Shown: positions 41,301 to 55,079 of the stretch, piece after piece
How positions within the stretch are numbered: the first letter of the stretch is position 1
Layout: each line of letters begins with the position of its first letter
Made by a program: the position numbers and the translations under genes
Notes under the pieces: model-generated
What the model was told of the DNA's origin: nothing
Databases searched by the model: none
Seen by the model: the letters and a program-made list of their open reading frames with translations, nothing else
Assembly: GCA_964016885.1 (NCBI GenBank)
Contig: OZ024745.1
Location: 89,218,001 to 89,282,000, forward strand
DNA: 64,000 bases
Source of the DNA: Eledone cirrhosa
Taxonomy: Eukaryota
Direction: 5' to 3'

Positions 41301-44300
41301 TTGCCATAGATGTAGTTGCTACATAGATTGCCATTTATGTAGTTGCTACATAGATTGTTATAAATGTAGTTGCTACATAGATTGCCATAGATGTATTTGC
41401 TACATAGATTGCCATAGATGTAGTTGCTACATTGATTGTTATAGATGTAGTTGCTACATATATTGTTATAGATGTAGTTGCTACACAGATCGCCATAGAT
41501 GTAGTTGCTACATAGATTGCTATAGATGTAGTAGCTACATAGATTGCTATAGATATAGTAGCTACATATATTGCTATGGATGTAGTTGCTACATAGATTG
41601 TCATAGACGTAGTTGCTACATAGATTATTATAGATGTAGTTGCTACATAGATTGTTATAGATGTAGTTGCTACATAGATTGCCATAGATGTAGTTGCTAC
41701 ATAGATTGCCATAGATGTAGTTGCTACATAGATTGCCATAGATGTAGTTGCTACATTGATTTGTATAGATGTAGTTGCTACATAGATTGCTATAGATGTA
41801 TTTGCTACATAGATTGCCAGAGATGGAGTTGCTACATAGGTTGCCATAGATGTAGTTGCTACATAGATTGCCATAGATGTAGTTGCTACAGAGATTTCCA
41901 TAGATGTAGTTGCTACATAGATTGTTATAGATGTAGTTGCTATGTACATTGACATAGCTGGAGTTGCTACATAGATTAACATACATGTAGTTGCTACATA
42001 GATTGTTATAGGTGTAGTTGCTACATAGATTGCTATAGATGTATTTGCTACATAGATTGCCATAGATGGAGTTGCTACATAGATTACCATATATGTAGTT
42101 GCTACATAGATTGCCATAGATATAGTTGCTACATAGATTGCCATAGATGTAGTTGCTACATAGATTGTTATAGATGTAGTTGCTACATAGATTGCTATAT
42201 AAGTAGTTGCTACATAGATTGCTATAGATGTAGTTGCTACATACATTGTTATAGATGTAGTTGCTACATAGATTGCTATATAAGTAGTTGCTACATAGAT
42301 TGTTATAGATGTAGTTGCTACATAGATTGTTATAGACGTAGTTGCTACATAGATTGCCATAGATGTAATTGCTACATAGATTGCCATAGATGTAGTTGAT
42401 ACATAGATTGTTATAGATGTAGTTGCTACATAGATTGTTATAGATGTAGTTGCTACAAAGATTGCCATAGATGGAGTTGCTACATAGATTGCCATAGATG
42501 TAGTTGCTACCTAGATTGCCATAGATGTAGTTGCTACATATATTGCCATAGATGTAGTTGCTACATAGATTGTTATAGATGTAGTTACTACATACATTGC
42601 CATAGATGGAGTTGCTACATAGATTGCCATAGATGTAGTTGCTACATAGATTGTTATAGATGTAGTTGCTACATAGATTGTTATAGATGTATTTGCTACA
42701 TAGATTGCCATAGATGTAGTTGCTACATAGATTGTTATAGATGTAGTTGCTACATTGATTGTTATAGATGTAGTTGCTACATAGATTGTTATAGATGTAG
42801 ATGCTACATAGATTGCCATAGATGTAGTTGCTACATAGATTGTTATATATGTAGTTGCTACATATATTGAAATGGACGTAGTTGCTACATAGATTGTTAT
42901 AGATGTAGTTGCTACATAGATTGTTATAGATGTAGTTGCTACATAGATTGCCATAGATGTAGTTGCTACATAGATTTTTTTACATGTAGTTGCTACATAG
43001 ATTGCTATAGATGTAGTTGCTACATAGATTGTTATAGATTTAGTTGCTACATATATTGCTATAGATGTAGTTGCTACATAGATTGCCACAGACGTAGTTG
43101 CTACATAGATCGTCATAGACGTAGTTGCTACATAGATTGTTATAGATGTAGTTGCTACATAGATTGCCATTTATGTAGTTGCTACATAGATTGTTATAAA
43201 TGTAGTTGCTACATAGATTGCCATAGATGTATTTGCTACATAGATTGCCATAGATGTAGTTGCTACATTGATTGTTATAGATGTAGTTGCTACATATATT
43301 GTTATAGATGTAGTTGCTACATAGATTGTTATAGATGTAGTTGCTACACAGATCGCCATAGATGTAGTTGCTACATAGATTGCTATAGATGTAGTAGCTA
43401 TATAGATTGTTATAGATGTAGTTGGTACAGAGATTGTTATAGATGTAGTTGCTACATAGATTGTTATAGATGTAGTTGCTACACAGATCGCCATAGATGT
43501 AGTTGCTACATAGATTGCTATAGATGTAGTAGCTACATAGATTGTTATAGATGGAGTTGGTACAAAGATTGTTATAAATGTAGTTGCTACATAGATTGTT
43601 ATAGATGTAGTTGCTACAAAGATTGTGATAGATGTAGTTGCTAGATAGATTGCTATATAAGTAGTTGCTACATATATTGTTATAGATGTAGTTGCTACAT
43701 AGATTGCCATAGATGTAGTTGCTACATAGATTGCCATTTATGTAGTTGCTACATAGATTGTTATAAATGTAGTTGCTACATAGATTGCCATAGATGTATT
43801 TGCTACATAGATTGCCATAGATGTAGTTGCTACATTGATTGTTATAGATGTAGTTGCTACATATATTGTTATAGATGTAGTTGCTACACAGATCGCCATA
43901 GATGTAGTTGCTACATAGATTGCTATAGATGTAGTAGCTACATAGATTGCTATAGATATAGTAGCTACATATATTGCTATGGATGTAGTTGCTACATAGA
44001 TTGTCATAGACGTAGTTGCTACATAGATTATTATAGATGTAGTTGCTACATAGATTGTTATAGATGTAGTTGCTACATAGATTGCCATAGATGTAGTTGC
44101 TACATAGATTGCCATAGATGTAGTTGCTACATAGATTGCCATAGATGTAGTTGCTACATTGATTTGTATAGATGTAGTTGCTACATAGATTGCTATAGAT
44201 GTATTTGCTACATAGATTGCCAGAGATGGAGTTGCTACATAGGTTGCCATAGATGTAGTTGCTACATAGATTGCCATAGATGTAGTTGCTACAGAGATTT

Positions 44301-47300
44301 CCATAGATGTAGTTGCTACATAGATTGTTATAGATGTAGTTGCTATGTACATTGACATAGCTGGAGTTGCTACATAGATTAACATACATGTAGTTGCTAC
44401 ATAGATTGTTATAGGTGTAGTTGCTACATAGATTGCTATAGATGTATTTGCTACATAGATTGCCATAGATGGAGTTGCTACATAGATTACCATATATGTA
44501 GTTGCTACATAGATTGCCATAGATATAGTTGCTACATAGATTGCCATAGATGTAGTTGCTACATAGATTGTTATAGATGTAGTTGCTACATAGATTGCTA
44601 TATAAGTAGTTGCTACATAGATTGCTATAGATGTAGTTGCTACATACATTGTTATAGATGTAGTTGCTACATAGATTGCTATATAAGTAGTTGCTACATA
44701 GATTGTTATAGATGTAGTTGCTACATAGATTGTTATAGACGTAGTTGCTACATAGATTGCCATAGATGTAATTGCTACATAGATTGCCATAGATGTAGTT
44801 GATACATAGATTGTTATAGATGTAGTTGCTACATAGATTGTTATAGATGTAGTTGCTACAAAGATTGCCATAGATGGAGTTGCTACATAGATTGCCATAG
44901 ATGTAGTTGCTACCTAGATTGCCATAGATGTAGTTGCTACATATATTGCCATAGATGTAGTTGCTACATAGATTGTTATAGATGTAGTTACTACATACAT
45001 TGCCATAGATGGAGTTGCTACATAGATTGCCATAGATGTAGTTGCTACATAGATTGTTATAGATGTAGTTGCTACATAGATTGTTATAGATGTATTTGCT
45101 ACATAGATTGCCATAGATGTAGTTGCTACATAGATTGTTATAGATGTAGTTGCTACATTGATTGTTATAGATGTAGTTGCTACATAGATTGTTATAGATG
45201 TAGATGCTACATAGATTGCCATAGATGTAGTTGCTACATAGATTGTTATATATGTAGTTGCTACATATATTGAAATGGACGTAGTTGCTACATAGATTGT
45301 TATAGATGTAGTTGCTACATAGATTGTTATAGATGTAGTTGCTACATAGATTGCCATAGATGTAGTTGCTACATAGATTTTTTTACATGTAGTTGCTACA
45401 TAGATTGCTATAGATGTAGTTGCTACATAGATTGTTATAGATTTAGTTGCTACATATATTGCTATAGATGTAGTTGCTACATAGATTGCCACAGACGTAG
45501 TTGCTACATAGATCGTCATAGACGTAGTTGCTACATAGATTGTTATAGATGTAGTTGCTACATAGATTGCCATTTATGTAGTTGCTACATAGATTGTTAT
45601 AAATGTAGTTGCTACATAGATTGCCATAGATGTATTTGCTACATAGATTGCCATAGATGTAGTTGCTACATTGATTGTTATAGATGTAGTTGCTACATAT
45701 ATTGTTATAGATGTAGTTGCGACATAGATTGTTATAGATGTAGTTGCTACACAGATCGCCATAGATGTAGTTGCTACATAGATTGCTATAGATGTAGTAG
45801 CTATATAGATTGCTATAGATGTAGTTGGTACAGAGATTGTTATAGATGTAGTTGCTACATAGATTGTTATAGATGTAGTTGCTACACAGATCGCCATAGA
45901 TGTAGTTGCTACATAGATTGCTATAGATGTAGTAGCTACATAGATTGTTATAGATGGAGTTGGTACAAAGATTGTTATAAATGTAGTTGCTACATAGATT
46001 GTTATAGATGTAGTTGCTACAAAGATTGTGATAGATGTAGTTGCTAGATAGATTGCTATATAAGTAGTTGCTACATATATTGTTATAGATGTAGTTGCTA
46101 CATAGATTGCCATAGATGTAGTTGCTACATAGATTGCCATTTATGTAGTTGCTACATAGATTGTTATAAATGTAGTTGCTACATAGATTGCCATAGATGT
46201 ATTTGCTACATAGATTGCCATAGATGTAGTTGCTACATTGATTGTTATAGATGTAGTTGCTACATATATTGTTATAGATGTAGTTGCTACACAGATCGCC
46301 ATAGATGTAGTTGCTACATAGATTGCTATAGATGTAGTAGCTACATAGATTGCTATAGATATAGTAGCTACATATATTGCTATGGATGTAGTTGCTACAT
46401 AGATTGTCATAGACGTAGTTGCTACATAGATTATTATAGATGTAGTTGCTACATAGATTGTTATAGATGTAGTTGCTACATAGATTGCCATAGATGTAGT
46501 TGCTACATAGATTGCCATAGATGTAGTTGCTACATAGATTGCCATAGATGTAGTTGCTACATTGATTTGTATAGATGTAGTTGCTACATAGATTGCTATA
46601 GATGTATTTGCTACATAGATTGCCAGAGATGGAGTTGCTACATAGGTTGCCATAGATGTAGTTGCTACATAGATTGCCATAGATGTAGTTGCTACAGAGA
46701 TTTCCATAGATGTAGTTGCTACATAGATTGTTATAGATGTAGTTGCTATGTACATTGACATAGCTGGAGTTGCTACATAGATTAACATACATGTAGTTGC
46801 TACATAGATTGTTATAGGTGTAGTTGCTACATAGATTGCTATAGATGTATTTGCTACATAGATTGCCATAGATGGAGTTGCTACATAGATTACCATATAT
46901 GTAGTTGCTACATAGATTGCCATAGATATAGTTGCTACATAGATTGCCATAGATGTAGTTGCTACATAGATTGTTATAGATGTAGTTGCTACATAGATTG
47001 CTATATAAGTAGTTGCTACATAGATTGCTATAGATGTAGTTGCTACATACATTGTTATAGATGTAGTTGCTACATAGATTGCTATATAAGTAGTTGCTAC
47101 ATAGATTGTTATAGATGTAGTTGCTACATAGATTGTTATAGACGTAGTTGCTACATAGATTGCCATAGATGTAATTGCTACATAGATTGCCATAGATGTA
47201 GTTGATACATAGATTGTTATAGATGTAGTTGCTACATAGATTGTTATAGATGTAGTTGCTACAAAGATTGCCATAGATGGAGTTGCTACATAGATTGCCA

Positions 47301-50300
47301 TAGATGTAGTTGCTACCTAGATTGCCATAGATGTAGTTGCTACATATATTGCCATAGATGTAGTTGCTACATAGATTGTTATAGATGTAGTTACTACATA
47401 CATTGCCATAGATGGAGTTGCTACATAGATTGCCATAGATGTAGTTGCTACATAGATTGTTATAGATGTAGTTGCTACATAGATTGTTATAGATGTATTT
47501 GCTACATAGATTGCCATAGATGTAGTTGCTACATAGATTGTTATAGATGTAGTTGCTACATTGATTGTTATAGATGTAGTTGCTACATAGATTGTTATAG
47601 ATGTAGATGCTACATAGATTGCCATAGATGTAGTTGCTACATAGATTGTTATATATGTAGTTGCTACATATATTGAAATGGACGTAGTTGCTACATAGAT
47701 TGTTATAGATGTAGTTGCTACATAGATTGTTATAGATGTAGTTGCTACATAGATTGCCATAGATGTAGTTGCTACATAGATTTTTTTACATGTAGTTGCT
47801 ACATAGATTGCTATAGATGTAGTTGCTACATAGATTGTTATAGATTTAGTTGCTACATATATTGCTATAGATGTAGTTGCTACATAGATTGCCACAGACG
47901 TAGTTGCTACATAGATTGTCATAGACGTAGTTGCTACATAGATTGTTATAGATGTAGTTGCTACATAGATTGCCATTTATGTAGTTGCTACATAGATTGT
48001 TATAAATGTAGTTGCTACATAGATTGCCATAGATGTATTTGCTACATAGATTGCCATAGATGTAGTTGCTACATTGATTGTTATAGATGTAGTTGCTACA
48101 TATATTGTTATAGATGTAGTTGCTACATAGATTGTTATAGATGTAGTTGCTACACAGATCGCCATAGATGTAGTTGCTACATAGATTGCTATAGATGTAG
48201 TAGCTATATAGATTGCTATAGATGTAGTTGGTACAGAGATTGTTATAGATGTAGTTGCTACATAGATTGTTATAGATGTAGTTGCTACACAGATCGCCAT
48301 AGATGTAGTTGCTACATAGATTGCTATAGATGTAGTAGCTACATAGATTGTTATAGATGGAGTTGGTACAAAGATTGTTATAAATGTAGTTGCTACATAG
48401 ATTGTTATAGATGTAGTTGCTACAAAGATTGTGATAGATGTAGTTGCTAGATAGATTGCTATATAAGTAGTTGCTACATATATTGTTATAGATGTAGTTG
48501 CTACATAGATTGCCATAGATGTAGTTGCTACATAGATTGCCATTTATGTAGTTGCTACATAGATTGTTATAAATGTAGTTGCTACATAGATTGCCATAGA
48601 TGTATTTGCTACATAGATTGCCATAGATGTAGTTGCTACATTGATTGTTATAGATGTAGTTGCTACATATATTGTTATAGATGTAGTTGCTACACAGATC
48701 GCCATAGATGTAGTTGCTACATAGATTGCTATAGATGTAGTAGCTACATAGATTGCTATAGATATAGTAGCTACATATATTGCTATGGATGTAGTTGCTA
48801 CATAGATTGTCATAGACGTAGTTGCTACATAGATTATTATAGATGTAGTTGCTACATAGATTGTTATAGATGTAGTTGCTACATAGATTGCCATAGATGT
48901 AGTTGCTACATAGATTGCCATAGATGTAGTTGCTACATAGATTGCCATAGATGTAGTTGCTACATTGATTTGTATAGATGTAGTTGCTACATAGATTGCT
49001 ATAGATGTATTTGCTACATAGATTGCCAGAGATGGAGTTGCTACATAGGTTGCCATAGATGTAGTTGCTACATAGATTGCCATAGATGTAGTTGCTACAG
49101 AGATTTCCATAGATGTAGTTGCTACATAGATTGTTATAGATGTAGTTGCTATGTACATTGACATAGCTGGAGTTGCTACATAGATTAACATACATGTAGT
49201 TGCTACATAGATTGTTATAGGTGTAGTTGCTACATAGATTGCTATAGATGTATTTGCTACATAGATTGCCATAGATGGAGTTGCTACATAGATTACCATA
49301 TATGTAGTTGCTACATAGATTGCCATAGATATAGTTGCTACATAGATTGCCATAGATGTAGTTGCTACATAGATTGTTATAGATGTAGTTGCTACATAGA
49401 TTGCTATATAAGTAGTTGCTACATAGATTGCTATAGATGTAGTTGCTACATACATTGTTATAGATGTAGTTGCTACATAGATTGCTATATAAGTAGTTGT
49501 TACATAGATTGTTATAGATGTAGTTGCTACATAGATTGTTATAGACGTAGTTGCTACATAGATTGCCATAGATGTAATTGCTACATAGATTGCCATAGAT
49601 GTAGTTGATACATAGATTGTTATAGATGTAGTTGCTACATAGATTGTTATAGATGTAGTTGCTACAAAGATTGCCATAGATGGAGTTGCTACATAGATTG
49701 CCATAGATGTAGTTGCTACCTAGATTGCCATAGATGTAGTTGCTACATATATTGCCATAGATGTAGTTGCTACATAGATTGTTATAGATGTAGTTACTAC
49801 ATACATTGCCATAGATGGAGTTGCTACATAGATTGCCATAGATGTAGTTGCTACATAGATTGTTATAGATGTAGTTGCTACATAGATTGTTATAGATGTA
49901 TTTGCTACATAGATTGCCATAGATGTAGTTGCTACATAGATTGTTATAGATGTAGTTGCTACATTGATTGTTATAGATGTAGTTGCTACATAGATTGTTA
50001 TAGATGTAGATGCTACATAGATTGCCATAGATGTAGTTGCTACATAGATTGTTATATATGTAGTTGCTACATATATTGAAATGGACGTAGTTGCTACATA
50101 GATTGTTATAGATGTAGTTGCTACATAGATTGTTATAGATGTAGTTGCTACATAGATTGCCATAGATGTAGTTGCTACATAGATTTTTTTACATGTAGTT
50201 GCTACATAGATTGCTATAGATGTAGTTGCTACATAGATTGTTATAGATTTAGTTGCTACATATATTGCTATAGATGTAGTTGCTACATAGATTGCCACAG

Positions 50301-52868
50301 ACGTAGTTGCTACATAGATCGTCATAGACGTAGTTGCTACATAGATTGTTATAGATGTAGTTGCTACATAGATTGCCATTTATGTAGTTGCTACATAGAT
50401 TGTTATAAATGTAGTTGCTACATAGATTGCCATAGATGTATTTGCTACATAGATTGCCATAGATGTAGTTGCTACATTGATTGTTATAGATGTAGTTGCT
50501 ACATATATTGTTATAGATGTAGTTGCTACATAGATTGTTATAGATGTAGTTGCTACACAGATCGCCATAGATGTAGTTGCTACATAGATTGCTATAGATG
50601 TAGTAGCTATATAGATTGCTATAGATGTAGTTGGTACAGAGATTGTTATAGATGTAGTTGCTACATAGATTGTTATAGATGTAGTTGCTACACAGATCGC
50701 CATAGATGTAGTTGCTACATAGATTGCTATAGATGTAGTAGCTACATAGATTGTTATAGATGGAGTTGGTACAAAGATTGTTATAAATGTAGTTGCTACA
50801 TAGATTGTTATAGATGTAGTTGCTACAAAGATTGTGATAGATGTAGTTGCTAGATAGATTGCTATATAAGTAGTTGCTACATATATTGTTATAGATGTAG
50901 TTGCTACATAGATTGCCATAGATGTAGTTGCTACATAGATTGCCATTTATGTAGTTGCTACATAGATTGTTATAAATGTAGTTGCTACATAGATTGCCAT
51001 AGATGTATTTGCTACATAGATTGCCATAGATGTAGTTGCTACATTGATTGTTATAGATGTAGTTGCTACATATATTGTTATAGATGTAGTTGCTACACAG
51101 ATCGCCATAGATGTAGTTGCTACATAGATTGCTATAGATGTAGTAGCTACATAGATTGCTATAGATATAGTAGCTACATATATTGCTATGGATGTAGTTG
51201 CTACATAGATTGTCATAGACGTAGTTGCTACATAGATTATTATAGATGTAGTTGCTACATAGATTGTTATAGATGTAGTTGCTACATAGATTGCCATAGA
51301 TGTAGTTGCTACATAGATTGCCATAGATGTAGTTGCTACATAGATTGCCATAGATGTAGTTGCTACATTGATTTGTATAGATGTAGTTGCTACATAGATT
51401 GCTATAGATGTATTTGCTACATAGATTGCCAGAGATGGAGTTGCTACATAGGTTGCCATAGATGTAGTTGCTACATAGATTGCCATAGATGTAGTTGCTA
51501 CAGAGATTTCCATAGATGTAGTTGCTACATAGATTGTTATAGATGTAGTTGCTATGTACATTGACATAGCTGGAGTTGCTACATAGATTAACATACATGT
51601 AGTTGCTACATAGATTGTTATAGGTGTAGTTGCTACATAGATTGCTATAGATGTATTTGCTACATAGATTGCCATAGATGGAGTTGCTACATAGATTACC
51701 ATATATGTAGTTGCTACATAGATTGCCATAGATATAGTTGCTACATAGATTGCCATAGATGTAGTTGCTACATAGATTGTTATAGATGTAGTTGCTACAT
51801 AGATTGCTATATAAGTAGTTGCTACATAGATTGCTATAGATGTAGTTGCTACATACATTGTTATAGATGTAGTTGCTACATAGATTGCTATATAAGTAGT
51901 TGCTACATAGATTGTTATAGATGTAGTTGCTACATAGATTGTTATAGACGTAGTTGCTACATAGATTGCCATAGATGTAATTGCTACATAGATTGCCATA
52001 GATGTAGTTGATACATAGATTGTTATAGATGTAGTTGCTACATAGATTGTTATAGATGTAGTTGCTACAAAGATTGCCGTAGATGGAGTTGCTACATAGA
52101 TTGCCATAGATGTAGTTGCTACCTAGATTGCCATAGATGTAGTTGCTACATATATTGCCATAGATGTAGTTGCTACATAGATTGTTATAGATGTAGTTAC
52201 TACATACATTGCCATAGATGGAGTTGCTACATAGATTGCCATAGATGTAGTTGCTACATAGATTGTTATAGATGTAGTTGCTACATAGATTGTTATAGAT
52301 GTATTTGCTACATAGATTGCCATAGATGTAGTTGCTACATAGATTGTTATAGATGTAGTTGCTACATTGATTGTTATAGATGTAGTTGCTACATAGATTG
52401 TTATAGATGTAGATGCTACATAGATTGCCATAGATGTAGTTGCTACATAGATTGTTATATATGTAGTTGCTACATATATTGAAATGGACGTAGTTGCTAC
52501 ATAGATTGTTATAGATGTAGTTGCTACATAGATTGTTATAGATGTAGTTGCTACATAGATTGCCATAGATGTAGTTGCTACATAGATTTTTTTACATGTA
52601 GTTGCTACATAGATTGCTATAGATGTAGTTGCTACATAGATTGTTATAGATTTAGTTGCTACATATATTGCTATAGATGTAGTTGCTACATAGATTGCCA
52701 CAGACGTAGTTGCTACATAGATCGTCATAGACGTAGTTGCTACATAGATTGTTATAGATGTAGTTGCTACATAGATTGCCATTTATGTAGTTGCTACATA
52801 GATTGTTATAAATGTAGTTGCTACATAGATTGCCATAGATGTATTTGCTACATAGATTGCCATAGATG
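38335..52868. repeat. Homogeneous higher-order repeat: 6 tandem copies of a 2,403-bp unit (89 monomers = 21 + 68)
   Basis: ORF triplets recur every 2403 bp (38365, 40768, 43171, 45574, 47977, 50380; 38932...50947; 40108...52123). Unit-specific variants (gctacctag, gccagagatgg, gtacattgac, ggtacaaag, gccacagacg) appear once per copy. Confidence 0.97.
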
Positions 52869-55079
52869 GAGTTGCTACATAGATTGTCATAGACGTAGTT
52901 GCTACATAGATTGTTATAGATATAGTTGCTACATAGATTGTTATAGATGTAGTTGCTACATAGATTGCCATAGATGTAGTTGCTACATAGATTGCCATAG
53001 ATGTAGTTGCTACATAGATTGCCATAGATGTAGTTGCTACATAGATTTGTATAGATGTAGTTGCTACATAGATTGCTGTAGATGTATTTGCTACATAGAT
53101 TGCCATAGATGTAGTTGCTACATAGATTGCCATAGATATAGTTGCTACAGAGATTGCCATAGATGTAGTTGCTACATAGATTGTTATAGATGTAGTTGCT
53201 ATGTAGATTGACATAGCTGGAGTTGCTACATAGATTAACATAGATGTAGTTGCTACATAGATTGTTATAGGTGTAGTTGCTACATAGATTGCTATAGATG
53301 TATTTGCTACATAGATTGCCATAGATGGAGTTGCTACATAGATTACCATAGATGTAGTTGCTACATAGATTGCCATAGATATATTTGCTACATAGATTGC
53401 CATAGATGTAGTTGCTACATAGATTGTTATAGATATAGTTGCTACATAGATTGTTATAGATGTAGTTGCTACATAGATTGTTATAGACGTAGTTGCTACA
53501 TAGATTGCCATAGATGTAGTTGCTACATAGATTGCCATAGATGTAATTGCTACATAGATTGCCATAGATGTAGTTGATACATAGATTGTTATAGATGTAG
53601 TTGCTACATAGATTGTTATAGATGTAGTTGCTACATAGATTGCCATAGATGGAGTTGCTACATAGATTGCCATAGATGTAGTTGCTACATAGATTGCCAT
53701 AGCTGTAGTTGCTACATATATTGCCATAGATGTAGTTGCTACATAGATTGTTATAGATGTAGTTGCTACATTGATTGTTATAGATGTAGTTGCTACATAG
53801 ATTGTTATAGATGTAGATGCTACATAGATTGCCATAGATGTAGTTGCTACATAGATTGTTATATATGTAGTTGCTACATATATTGAAATGGACGTAGTTG
53901 CTACATAGATTGTTATAGATGTAGTTGCTACATAGATTGTTATAGATGTAGTTGCTACATAGATTGCCATAGATGTAGTTGCTACATAGATTTTTTTATA
54001 TGTAGTTGCTACATAGATTGCTATAGATGTAGTTGCTACATAGATTGTTATAGATTTAGTTGCTACATAGATTGCTATAGATGTAGTTGCTACATAGATT
54101 GCCATAGACGTAGTTGCTACATAGATCGTCATAGACGTAGTTGCTACATAGATTGTTATAGATGTAGTTGCTACATAGATTGCCATTTATGTAGTTGCTA
54201 CATAGATTGTTATAAATGTAGTTGCTACATAGATTGCCATAGATGTATTTGCTACATAGATTGCCATAGATGGAGTTGCTACATAGATTGTCATAGACGT
54301 AGTTGCTACATAGATTGTTATAGATGTAGTTGCTACATAGATTGTTATAGATGTAGTTGCTACATAGATTGCCATAGATGTAGTTGCTACATAGATTGCC
54401 ATAGATGTAGTTGCTACATTGATTTGTATAGATGTAGTTGCTACATAGATTGCTGTAGATGTATTTGCTACATAGATTGCCATAGATGGAGTTGCTACAT
54501 AGATTGCCATAGATGTAGTTGCTACATAGATTGCCATAGATATAGTTGCTACAGAGATTGCCATAGATGTAGTTCCTACATAGATTGTTATAGATGTAGT
54601 TGCTATGTAGATTGACATAGCTGGAGTTGCTACATAGATTAACATAGATGTAGTTGCTACATAGATTGCTATAGGTGTAGTTGCTACATAGATTGCTATA
54701 GATGTATTTGCTACATAGATTGCCATAGATGGAGTTGCTACATAGATTACCATAGATGTAGTTGCTACATAGATTGTTATAGATATAGTTGCTACAAAGA
54801 TTGTTATAGATGTAGTTGCTACATAGATTGTTATAGACGTAGTTGCTACATAGATTGCCATAGATGTAGTTGCTACATAGATTGCCATAGATGTAATTGC
54901 TACATAGATTGCCATAGATGTAGTTGATACATAGATTGTTATAGATGTAGTTGCTACATAGATTGTTATAGATGTAGTTGCTACATAGATTGCCATAGAT
55001 GGAGTTGCTACATAGATTGCCATAGATGTAGTTGCTACATAGATTGCCATAGCTGTAGTTGCTACATATATTGCCATAG

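Noticed and set aside
332-51598. Minus-strand NLCSNYIY-repeat ORFs (LRR-like or Cys/Asn-rich appearance)
   Set aside because: This is a second stop-free frame of the same repeat, overlapping the first. Starts arise only from sporadic variants or frameshifts, and the 9-aa period does not fit LRR consensus spacing.
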